Shown one piece after another: positions 22,656-33,522 of a stretch of DNA of 64,000 nt. The notes under the pieces were generated by a model that had not been told where the DNA came from, did not search any database, and saw nothing but the letters and a program-made list of their open reading frames with translations. This DNA is from Paramoeba atlantica (lineage: Eukaryota > Protista > Discosea): NCBI GenBank assembly GCA_977017575.1, contig CDRNVI010000010.1, positions 1 through 64,000 of the forward strand, written 5' to 3'. The position numbers were made by a program, and so were the translations under genes. The first letter of the stretch is position 1. Every line of letters begins with the position of its first letter.

Positions 22656-23150
22656 CTACTTAGACGGTTTCCTATTACCTCCAGCTCTCGCAACCTTCCC
22701 TCGAAATACCCCTTCCGCCTCAGCTTTGCGCTTCGATGATGGAATGTCTCGTGCTTGCTTATTTCCAAGGGACTTCCTTTTGAGTAAGGCTTTCAAAGAC
22801 CATGACGGTTGTGAATTCTCACTATCCTCCGAGTTAGCAGTTGTTTTTCTCCTTTTTTGGGTCGGAGCCCGTGCCACTTTTCGTGATGCCAAAAGTGCTA
22901 GACCATCTGCCTCCTCATTCCATTTGTTTCCAATGTGCGCCTTTACCTTGCACAAATATATATTATACGAATGGAATTTTAGTAACCTGAGCTTTGCGTC
23001 CACATCATACATTAGGTCGCCATTCTTGGGGTTGGGGTCGCATTCTTTACCCAATACGTTCGGCAGGCTTTCATTCATGCCTACGAGTGATTTCCCACGA
23101 GCAAATATCGGATTTCGTGAATGAAAACAAATACACAAAAATGACCCCAT
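22656..23150 (-). CDS. RNase H-like 164-aa ORF (copy 6)
   Basis: Identical translation. Confidence 0.65.
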   Translation of the reverse strand: MGSFLCICFHSRNPIFARGKSLVGMNESLPNVLGKECDPNPKNGDLMYDVDAKLRLLKFHSYNIYLCKVKAHIGNKWNEEADGLALLASRKVARAPTQKRRKTTANSEDSENSQPSWSLKALLKRKSLGNKQARDIPSSKRKAEAEGVFRGKVARAGGNRKPSK

Positions 23151-23258
23151 TTTTACCCGAAAATCGGCTATTTTTGGCTATAATATTTCAATTTAGGCTT
23201 TTCGTTAAACGCGGTAGTAGAGTTGCAAACCAGCTTTCAGGACTCTGGGGAATAAGAA

Positions 23259-23289
<31 letters not shown>

Positions 23290-24923
23290 AAGAAGAAGAA
23301 GAAGAAGAAGAAGAAGAAGAAGAAGAAGAAGAAGAAGAAAAGACACCGAGGGCTCTGCACCGTTAGGGTAGAGTCTCAAGCCACCGACCTTCATTGTCTT
23401 GCTGCCCCCTTCAAAGACGGCACTCGAAGCCTTGCGGCCCGAGCACGGGTACCCAACCGTAGCTACCAGGACGGGCGTCCAACCCCGTTGCATCGTGTAG
23501 GCTGTGTCTCATGCCTCGTTTGCGTAAGCAGCATGAATTTTCGGCGGCTGCGCTGGAGCCTGGTTCGGCTCTGCGGTTCCGGGTCGTTCCTCCAGAGGGA
23601 GGCCTTCTTCCTAGCGGACTTTTTCCGAGCGGTGGCGTAGCAGCAAGAATTCAAAGTTTCAAGCACGTGGTGCTCAGACGGCGAGTTCAAACCCGCTCAT
23701 CGAAATATTCCTGGCGGCCTCCCTCTAAGAGGCTGGGCTAATAACCGACTAGGCCCAGTACTCGGAGGACCGTCCCGGACCCTCCCCTCAGGGAACGAGC
23801 TCCCTTACCCGGCTTACACCTCTTGGGTAAGCCGTGTTGACGTACAGTTCGTCGACGCAGCGTGTTGGTAACAGCACGTTGGTGCCGCCTTGGAAAAGCG
23901 GAAACTGATAGAGGACGTCGGCCTCGGAACTTCCAAATCTTTCTGTGAAGGGTCTGGCTTGCCAGTGGCCATCCGGAGCAATCCGGAATGATTGATTTGG
24001 GGTTGGGTGTGGGACTTGAAGGCACTCCTGGTCGCTTTCCCTTTGTAGTGAGGCCGGCAGGTTGCGAGTTTTGTCGATATCGGGAATATAACCCCCAACC
24101 TGCAGGTTGTAAGGCCCACCGTCTCCAACTACAATTACACCGCTTTCCTCTGTAGAAGCTACCCAAATAAAGGCCAGACCCCTCGGCCCGGCTTAAATCT
24201 CTGCTTTAAGATTGGCAGAACCTCGTTGAGACACTAAAGATTCAACTAGAGCCTACACAAGCACTTGTCGAAGTAACTTCCCTACATTGGAAAGCATCAT
24301 TTAGTCGAGCAACCTTCTTCCTTCTTCCTTCAGGGATCAAAGTTTCGAACCCGCTCATCGCATAATTCCCGGCGGCCTCGATCTAAGAGGCTGGGCTGAG
24401 AATCGACTAGGCCCAGTACTCTGACGGCCGCCAGGGGCGCTCCCATCAGGGAACCGGTTCTCTTCTCTTCTTCTTCTTTTTGGATTGGATTCTTCTTCCC
24501 CTCCTCCCATCAGGGAGCCGGCCCCCTTACCCGGTTTAAGCCTCTTGGGTGGGCCGCGTTGTCATACAAGTCGTCGAAGCAGCGTGTTGGTAACATAACG
24601 TTGGTGCCGCCTTGGAAAAGCGAAAACTGGTAGAGGACGTCGGCCTTGGAACTTCCAAATCTGTCTGTGAAGGGTCTTGGTAGCATTGGGGCTGATAAAT
24701 GTTTATGCGTTTATTGGTGGTAGAGGGGGGCGGCTATGCGAAAACAAAAATAAAAGGCGTTAAAAGAGACGTTTTGCATCAATGAGGAGAAATTCTTGAG
24801 AATTATTTTTGATGATGGTGGCTCTGGGGGTTTGTTATGTACAAAATTGTTTATGATTAAGTGCTCTAGTAGGGTCCTTCGCATCTTTTTGAAATGTCTA
24901 CAAAAGTAGGGAAACTTTAAGAA

Positions 24924-25682
24924 TCAAAGGGGATTTGTGGAAATTAATGTCTTTTTTGAAGCCTCATCTTGAAACCAAAGAAACTCAGCATTAAATTTCA
25001 CAAGAAACCTTTTCAACACAGTAAAATTTGAAGAAAGGAGCAAATCAAAGGTTTTCTCACCCCTTACCAGCTGATAAAGGTCGCTCATCGCAACTTCTTC
25101 CCCCATGATCTGGCTAACAGAAAATTTTAAGAGATCACTATACTCTTTTCCTCGTGTAAATCCAAAATTGGGCTTTTTTGAACTTGAATGCAAAACTATC
25201 CACCTGCAAAGGTCTTTCCCAAGGTATTGGTAAAATGGGTTGCCTGCATTTTTAACCATTCTCTGAAACTTCAAAACATTAAAAAGGTATTTCTGATCAA
25301 TCTGGTTCCTCACGTAGTCGTATGAAAGGGCCCCAGATGAAGGATTAACAAAATTGTCTTGAAAAAGACCAAGAACATCTCTACATACACTTTCTGCTTC
25401 CTTCTTTAAAAGATTGTGAAACGTGATGCTCAACATGCTCGCACAAGTAAAGTTAACGGCTCCACCCTCCGGGTCTAACACGAATTGGTCCCCGCTCGAC
25501 GTGGAAATTCCTATGGGTTGAGAAAGAGAAGAAAACAGGATTACGGAGGATCGTTGGAGATGTTTTGGCGTGACGCATAACTTCTGTTTGAAAATATCGC
25601 TTTCCTCGATTTCAACATCTGGCACCCCATCCACAAATACCTTGCATGAGGGAGGGCTGGAAACTTGAAGCCCGAAATTCAT
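24924..25682 (-). CDS. Hypothetical 252-aa protein (copy 7, F>V variant)
   Basis: KLCVTPK variant. Confidence 0.55.
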   Translation of the reverse strand: MNFGLQVSSPPSCKVFVDGVPDVEIEESDIFKQKLCVTPKHLQRSSVILFSSLSQPIGISTSSGDQFVLDPEGGAVNFTCASMLSITFHNLLKKEAESVCRDVLGLFQDNFVNPSSGALSYDYVRNQIDQKYLFNVLKFQRMVKNAGNPFYQYLGKDLCRWIVLHSSSKKPNFGFTRGKEYSDLLKFSVSQIMGEEVAMSDLYQLVRGEKTFDLLLSSNFTVLKRFLVKFNAEFLWFQDEASKKTLISTNPL

Positions 25683-26618
25683 CAATTTGTTATTTTAAAA
25701 AAGTAGCGGACTGAGTAAATATTTTTGAAAATATCAAAAAAGATGAGTTCAAGATTTGAAACCCACTTCACACTGGAGGGTCCCCTGGCAAGGTGTATCT
25801 CGTGAGTTCTCGAGCAAAACGAAACTCAGTTATCGCATGTGAAGCCGGGTAGCGCTAATTCAAGCATTTGAGTGGCAGGTTCTTTGTCCGCTCATGGTGG
25901 GGCTTTGGGCGATATCTTAATTATTATATTGCGGTGGTTGTATAACTACCACTCTACCCTCGATTATTGAAAAAAGAGTGAACAAAAACAGTGAAAATAT
26001 AAAGAGGAACACAGGGGGGCATACCGCACGATTTTTTTTTTTGAAATTTTTTTTTCGAAAAAAACCCGCAGAAGGGGTAGCCGGGGTTGGCGCTTATTTT
26101 CCGCCCCCTACCCGGGGGTGGCCCCCCCTCGTATCCGCAGGACGGGTCCGCCAAGTTCGGATGTTTTTGAAAAAAAATTCAACTTGGCGAAAAAACTGGC
26201 AAAGAAAATATTTTTTCAATATTCTTTCCCCTGTTGTATTTTGATAGTTCGGGGCCTATACTAGCTTTCTCGGCCTTTGGTTTCTCAAGGTATCTCTTCT
26301 TCGAGCCGTGGTGCGCCACTCAAAATGACCCATTTTCGACTGAAATAGGTGAAAAAGTATTTTTCGGACCTCAAGGGGTCTTTTTGGGTCGGAAGAATGG
26401 TGTGGTTGGGGTCCAATCCAATATCCAATCCAAAAGACCGACGTAAAGTCGGTTGAAAAACTTAATGTTTACACCTTGAAAGCTTTCATCTATCGCTTCC
26501 ACGTTCAGAGTTTATATGTGTCTGATACGGTACAAACAAACAATATTTTTCCGATAACCTATGAATAATCCTCAAGGCATTCTAAGTTGGCAAAGAAATA
26601 ATTCCATCAATTCTCTCC

Positions 26619-27113
26619 CTACTTAGACGGTTTCCTATTACCTCCAGCTCTCGCAACCTTCCCTCGAAATACCCCTTCCGCCTCAGCTTTGCGCTTCGAT
26701 GATGGAATGTCTCGTGCTTGCTTATTTCCAAGGGACTTCCTTTTGAGTAAGGCTTTCAAAGACCATGACGGTTGTGAATTCTCACTATCCTCCGAGTTAG
26801 CAGTTGTTTTTCTCCTTTTTTGGGTCGGAGCCCGTGCCACTTTTCGTGATGCCAAAAGTGCTAGACCATCTGCCTCCTCATTCCATTTGTTTCCAATGTG
26901 CGCCTTTACCTTGCACAAATATATATTATACGAATGGAATTTTAGTAACCTGAGCTTTGCGTCCACATCATACATTAGGTCGCCATTCTTGGGGTTGGGG
27001 TCGCATTCTTTACCCAATACGTTCGGCAGGCTTTCATTCATGCCTACGAGTGATTTCCCACGAGCAAATATCGGATTTCGTGAATGAAAACAAATACACA
27101 AAAATGACCCCAT
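26619..27113 (-). CDS. RNase H-like 164-aa ORF (copy 7)
   Basis: Identical translation. Confidence 0.65.
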   Translation of the reverse strand: MGSFLCICFHSRNPIFARGKSLVGMNESLPNVLGKECDPNPKNGDLMYDVDAKLRLLKFHSYNIYLCKVKAHIGNKWNEEADGLALLASRKVARAPTQKRRKTTANSEDSENSQPSWSLKALLKRKSLGNKQARDIPSSKRKAEAEGVFRGKVARAGGNRKPSK

Positions 27114-27215
27114 TTTTACCCGAAAATCGGCTATTTTTGGCTATAATATTTCAATTTAGGCTTTTCGTTAAACGCGGTAGTAGAGTTGCAAACCAGCTTT
27201 CAGGACTCTGGGGAA

Positions 27216-27246
<31 letters not shown>

Positions 27247-28889
27247 AAGAAGAAGAAGAAGAAGAAGAAGAAGAAGAAGAAGAAGAAGAAGAAGAAGAAG
27301 AAGAAAAGACACCGAGGGCTCTGCACCGTTAGGGTAGAGTCTCAAGCCACCGACCTTCATTGTCTTGCTGCCCCCTTCAAAGACGGCACTCGAAGCCTTG
27401 CGGCCCGAGCACGGGTACCCAACCGTAGCTACCAGGACGGGCGTCCAACCCCGTTGCATCGTGTAGGCTGTGTCTCATGCCTCGTTTGCGTAAGCAGCAT
27501 GAATTTTCGGCGGCTGCGCTGGAGCCTGGTTCGGCTCTGCGGTTCCGGGTCGTTCCTCCAGAGGGAGGCCTTCTTCCTAGCGGACTTTTTCCGAGCGGTG
27601 GCGTAGCAGCAAGAATTCAAAGTTTCAAGCACGTGGTGCTCAGACGGCGAGTTCAAACCCGCTCATCGAAATATTCCTGGCGGCCTCCCTCTAAGAGGCT
27701 GGGCTAATAACCGACTAGGCCCAGTACTCGGAGGACCGTCCCGGACCCTCCCCTCAGGGAACGAGCTCCCTTACCCGGCTTACACCTCTTGGGTAAGCCG
27801 TGTTGACGCACAGTTCGTCGACGCAGCGTGTTGGTAACAGCACGTTGGTGCCGCCTTGGAAAAGCGGAAACTGATAGAGGACGTCGGCCTCGGAACTTCC
27901 AAATCTTTCTGTGAAGGGTCTGTCTTGCCAGTGGCCATCCGGAGCAATCCGGAATGATTGATTTGGGGTTGGGTGTGGGACTTGAAGGCACTCCTGGTCG
28001 CTTTCCCTTTGTAGTGAGGCCGGCAGGTTGCGAGTTTTGTCGATATCGGGAATATAACCCCCAACCTGCAGGTTGTAAGGCCCACCGTCTCCAACTACAA
28101 TTACACCGCTTTCCTCTGTAGAAGCTACCCAAATAAAGGCCAGACCCCTCGGCCCGGCTTAAATCTCTGCTTTAAGATTGGCAGAACCTCGTTGAGACAC
28201 TAAAGATTCAACTAGAGCCTACACAAGCACTTGTCGAAGTAACTTCCCTACATTGGAAAGCATCATTTAGTCGAGCAACCTTCTTCCTTCTTCCTTCAGG
28301 GATCAAAGTTTCGAACCCGCTCATCGCATAATTCCCGGCGGCCTCGATCTAAGAGGCTGGGCTGAGAATCGACTAGGCCCAGTACTCTGACGGCCGCCAG
28401 GGGCGCTCCCATCAGGGAACCGGTTCTCTTCTCTTCTTCTTCTTTTTGGATTGGATTCTTCTTCCCCTCCTCCCATCAGGGAGCCGGCCCCCTTACCCGG
28501 TTTAAGCCTCTTGGGTGGGCCGCGTTGTCATACAAGTCGTCGAAGCAGCGTGTTGGTAACATAACGTTGGTGCCGCCTTGGAAAAGCGAAAACTGGTAGA
28601 GGACGTCGGCCTTGGAACTTCCAAATCTGTCTGTGAAGGGTCTTGGTAGCATTGGGGCTGATAAATGTTTATGCGTTTATTGGTGGTAGAGGGGGGCGGC
28701 TATTCGAAAACAAAAATAAAAGGCGTTAAAAGAGACGTTTTGCATCAATGAGGAGAAATTCTTGAGAATTATTTTTGATGATGGTGGCTCTGGGGGTTTG
28801 TTATGTACAAAATTGTTTATGATTAAGTGCTCTAGTAGGGTCCTTCGCATCTTTTTGAAATGTCTACAAAAGTAGGGAAACTTTAAGAA

Positions 28890-29409
28890 TCAAAGGGGAT
28901 TTGTGGAAATTAATGTCTTTTTTGAAGCCTCATCTTGAAACCAAAGAAACTCAGCATTAAATTTCACAAGAAACCTTTTCAACACAGTAAAATTTGAAGA
29001 AAGGAGCAAATCAAAGGTTTTCTCACCCCTTACCAGCTGATAAAGGTCGCTCATCGCAACTTCTTCCCCCATGATCTGGCTAACAGAAAATTTTAAGAGA
29101 TCACTATACTCTTTTCCTCGTGTAAATCCAAAATTGGGCTTTTTTGAACTTGAATGCAAAACTATCCACCTGCAAAGGTCTTTCCCAAGGTATTGGTAAA
29201 ATGGGTTGCCTGCATTTTTAACCATTCTCTGAAACTTCAAAACATTAAAAAGGTATTTCTGATCAATCTGGTTCCTCACGTAGTCGTATGAAAGGGCCCC
29301 AGATGAAGGATTAACAAAATTGTCTTGAAAAAGACCAAGAACATCTCTACATACACTTTCTGCTTCCTTCTTTAAAAGATTGTGAAACGTGATGCTCAAC
29401 ATGCTCGCA
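28890..29409 (-). pseudogene. 5'-truncated copy 8 of the 252-aa ORF
   Basis: About 80 N-terminal codons are replaced by the 18-bp satellite. In this frame the satellite has a TGA in each unit, so there is no fusion. Confidence 0.8.
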
Positions 29410-31093
29410 TGTTGTTTGTCACAAATTGTTTGTGAAGATCAAATTTTTTGTAAAGATCAAGCTTTTTGCAAAGATCAAGTTTTTTGCAAAGATCAAGTTT
29501 TTTGCAAAGATCAAATTGTTTGTGAAGATCAAGTTTCTTGTAAAGATCAAGTTTCTGGTAAAGATCAAGTTTCTTGTAAAGATCAAGTTTCTTGTAATGA
29601 TCATGTTTTTTGCAAAGATCAAGTTTCTTGTAAAGATCAAGCTTTTTACAAAGATCAAATTTTTTGCAATGATCAAATTTTTTGTGATGATCAACTTTCT
29701 TGTCAGGATCAAGTTTCTTGTAAAGATCAAGTTTCTTGTAAAGATCAAGTCTCTTGTAAAGATCATGCTTTTTGAAAAGATCAAGCTTTTTGCAAAGATC
29801 AAGTTTTTTGGAAAGATCAAGTTTTTTGCAAAGATCAAATTGTTTGTGAAGATCAAGTTTTTTGTAAGGATCAAGTTTCTTGTAAAGATCAAGTTTCTTG
29901 TATAGATCAAGCTTTTTGCAAAGATGAAGTTTTTTGCAAAGATCAAGCTTTTTGCAAAGATCAAGTTTTTTGCAAAGATCAAATTGTTTGTGAAGATCAA
30001 ATTGTTTGTGAAGATCAAGTTTCGTGTAAAGATCAAGTTTCTTGTAGAGATCAAGTTTCTTGTAAAGATCACGTTTCTTATAAAGATCAAGTTTCTGGTA
30101 AAGATCAAGTTTCTTGTAAAGATCAAGTTTCTTGTAAGGATCATGTTTTTTGCAAAGATCAAGTTTCTTGTAAAGATCTAGCTTTTTACAAAGATCAAAT
30201 TTTTTGCAATGATCAAATTTTTTGCAATGATCAAATTTTTTGTGATGATCAACTTTCTTGTCAGGATCAAGTTTCTTGTAAAGATCAAGTTTCTTGTAAA
30301 GATCAAGTTTATTGGAAAGATCAAGTCTCTTGTAAAGATCATGCTTTTTGAAAAGATCAAGTTTTTTGGAAAGATCAGGTTTTTTGCAAAGATCAAATTG
30401 TTTGTGAAGATCAAAGTTTTTGCAAAGATCAAGCTTTTTGCAAAGATCAAGTTTTTTGCAAAGATCAAGTTTTTTGCAAAGATCAAGTTTTTTGCAAAGA
30501 TCAAATTGTTTGTGAAGATCAAGTTTCTTGTGAAGATCAAGTTTCTGGTAAAGATCAAGTTTCTTGTAAGGATCATGTTTTTTGCAAAGATCAAGTTTCT
30601 TGTAAAGATCAAGCTTTTTACAAAGATCAAATTTTTTGCAAGGATCAAATTTTTTGTGATGATCAACTTTCTTGTCAGGATCAAGTTTCTTGTAAAGATC
30701 AAGTTTCTTGTAAAGATCAAGTTTCTTGTAAAGATCAAGTCTCTTGTAAAGATCATGCTTTTTGCAAAGATCAAGTTTTTTGCAAAGATCAAGTTTTTTG
30801 GAAAGATCAAATTGTTTGTGAAGATCAAGTTTTTTGTAAGGATCAAGTTTCTTGTAAAGATCAAGTTTGCTGTAAAGATCAAGTGTTTTTGCAAAGATCA
30901 AGTTTCTTGTAAAGATCAAGTTTTTTGAAAAGATCAAGTTTTTTGTAAGGATCATGTTTTTTGCAAAGATCAAATTTTTTGCAATGATCAAATTTTTTGT
31001 GAAGATCAACTTTCTTGTCAGGATCAAGTTTCTTGTAAAGATCAAGTTTTTTGTAAAGATCAAGTTTTTTGTAAAGATCAAGTTTTTTGTAAA
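29410..31093. repeat. 18-bp minisatellite, about 93 copies, consensus AAAGATCAAGTTT(T/C)TTG(C/T)
   Basis: GATC recurs every 18 bp. Variant units recur in blocks. The repetitive ORFs (CKDQVF, VKIKFL, KKLDLY, TRNLIF) are readings of this repeat. Confidence 0.97.
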
Positions 31094-31551
31094 TACTTGC
31101 AGAAATGGCGATGCGTCCGGTGCGCGTAAGTCCACAGAAATTATGAATCTTCTCGCGCGTTCGACGTTGGTCGGAGGGTTCTATTCCTGCAGAAGTCGGA
31201 ACAGAACCTACTAAACTTCGATCGAGAGCGTTGGGACGACTATCGCGTCACTTGCGTTTGGGAGTCGAGCTTGCGCTTGTGTAGAGGTACGCGAATGCAC
31301 TGAACTATAGTGTGTGACAGGGGGTTGTAGAACGCAGGGCGCCGAACCACTGGCGGATACGCTATGCTCAGTGTCCGCGGTATACGCTTCAATTCCCGCC
31401 TTGTAGTCCTCACATCGTCCTCTGTGCTGCTCGAGTGCACGTGCCTATAAGCAGGAGGCGCAGGAATATGCGATCTCGAAAACAAAGAGCACAGTCCGGC
31501 AAACGTGCTCTCCGCGACTCGGTGGGTCTTAAAGATCCCGCTGTGAAGAGA

Positions 31552-32270
31552 ATGTTTAACATTGTAACCTTAAACGTAACTACCTTGAAGCTGAAGGGTG
31601 AGTACGAGTTTAGCGTACGAAAGTGCGGACACCTTTGCGAAGTACTTAGATTTATGGAGAGGAAGGGAATTAATATTCTAGGCTTGCAGGCTTACATATT
31701 TTCTTCTTCCGAAAAGTCGGACGTACTCCACCGCAAAGTACAATACAAGAACACGGAGTGTCACTTGAACCTCATCACACTCGCGACAAGGATGCATACA
31801 ATGGGATGAGATTCGTCAGCTCTATTCCTTTGTTCAAGGTTTCTAAAATCAGCGAAAGAAATATGTTTGGTGAGTTTGAGATGGAAGATGGAGTCGGTAC
31901 GGTTGTTAATGTATATTCTCCTACAAGAGATTCTTCAGACGTCGAAATTAGGGAGTTTTACAGAGAACTGGAAAAATGATGCTCAAAAGTGCGCGAGAAC
32001 AATCCATGTCGCCCCATTACAGTGCTAGGCGACTTCAGCGCACCATTAACGCACATAACCAATAAGGAATTAGACCCAATACAGCCGCACGACTTAAAGG
32101 CCTATCACGTTCTATAGACTGTAAGTCAGCGCACCTCCTTTGTCCAAGCAGTCGGAAATGGACCTGCGAGCTGCCTAATAAGGCGTTGCGACAGTTGTAA
32201 CACATATTTATATGCCGCAGATTTGCATCGGCGATTCAACGACACAAAGTGATCAAGGCACCTATTCCTA
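31552..32270 (+). pseudogene. Degenerate APE-type endonuclease of a non-LTR retrotransposon (RTE/L1-like)
   Basis: Motifs in the expected order across frameshifts: FNIVTLNV, INILGLQ(A), GVGTVVNVYSPT...EFYRELE, VLGDFSA, and a possible degenerate SD(Q) near 32250. No RT domain follows. Confidence 0.75.
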
Positions 32271-32796
32271 CTACCCACTGTTGTGTCATTGCGAGTATCA
32301 AGTCTTGGCCACGAGGCGGCGCGAAGCGGCGCCGATTTTTTTTACCTTTTTTCATTTTCTTGTGTACTGTCCCTTTCATAAATAATTATAATTATAAAAT
32401 ATAAAACTTTTGGATTTATATTTTTTTCAACCTTTTTAGGCTCTTCGTTAAACGCGGCGGTCGTTTTCAACGCGAAGCGCACAGCATGAGTGACTTAACT
32501 CAAAACCCTCCACTAAACGAGTAACTACGACTCAATGGCACTGGTCATTTAGGGTTCCACTCATTTACGCATCATCTAAGATGCAGGGATACCACACTTA
32601 CAAAAGGTATGGCGTATCCAAAACGTGATAATAAAAGCGAGTCAGAGTCCACACGTGGAACTGTAGTCATCCAGACCGACACTATCCAACTGCCATGGCA
32701 AATCCACGAGAGGCAGTACCCTTGATGCGAGCGGTCATATTCTGTATCAAACGCCATATTCTCTATCAAATCAACTTGACTGATTCAACGCTACAC

Positions 32797-33522
32797 GCGG
32801 ATCTACACTACATGCGAGCGGTTCGACGCTGGATCAAACAGCGGATCTACGCTCCTATAAATCAGCATGAGTGGCTCGACGCTGCAGGACCAGCGGATCT
32901 ACACTCTATGCGAGCGGTTCGACGCTGGATCAAACAGCGAATCCACGCTCCTATAAATCGGCATGAGTGGCTCGACGCTGCAGAAACAGCGGATCTACAC
33001 TACATGCGAGCGGTTCGACGCTGGATCAAACAGCGAATCCACGCTCCTATAAATCGGAATGAGTGGCTCGACGCTGCAGGAGCTGCGGATCTACACTACA
33101 TGCGAGCGGTTCGACGCTGTATCAAAGAGCGGATCTACGCTCCTATAAATCAGCATGAGTGGTTTTACGCTGCAGGAGCAGCGGATCTACACTCTATGCG
33201 AGCGGTTCGACGCTGGATCAAACAGCGGATCTACGCTCCTATAAATGAGCATAAGTGGCTCGACGCTGCAGGAGCAGCGGCTCCACACTCCATGCGAGCG
33301 GTTCGACACTGTATCAAACAGCGGATCTACGCTCCTATAAATCAGCATGAGTGGCTCGACGCTGCAGGAGCAGCGGATCTACACTCTATGCGAGCGGTTC
33401 GACGCTGTATCAAACAGCGGATCTACGCTCCTATAAATCGGCATGAGTGGCTCGACGCTGCAGGAGCAGCGGATCTGCACTCCATGCGAGCGGCTCCACG
33501 CTGTGTCAAACAGCGGCTCCAC
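32797..33522. repeat. 96-bp tandem repeat, about 7.5 copies
   Basis: Units start at 32797, 32893, 32989 and so on to 33469. Each contains four AGYG-N6-CRCT motifs. One + frame is open (32-aa repeat within 32695..33624). Confidence 0.95.

Larger units (their letters stand above)
1..29409. repeat. Head-to-tail tandem array of a ~3.95-kb composite unit (at least 7.4 copies; runs off the left edge)
   Basis: Equivalent positions recur at 68, 4011, 7977, 11943, 15885, 19851, 23814 and 27780 (periods 3943, 3966, 3966, 3942, 3966, 3963, 3966). Period differences come from the (AAG)n tract. Homology to the unit ends at ...CATGCTCGCA 29409. Confidence 0.98.

Noticed and set aside
29389-31214. 579-aa and other repeat-protein ORFs; AAGATCAAGTT match to the U2 snRNA 5' region
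   Set aside because: Several frames are open only because the 18-mer lacks stops, and indels switch frames. The U2 match is 11 nt with no other U2 feature.
29410-33522. CRISPR-like array
   Set aside because: The repeats are contiguous without unique spacers, there are no cas genes, and the context is eukaryotic.
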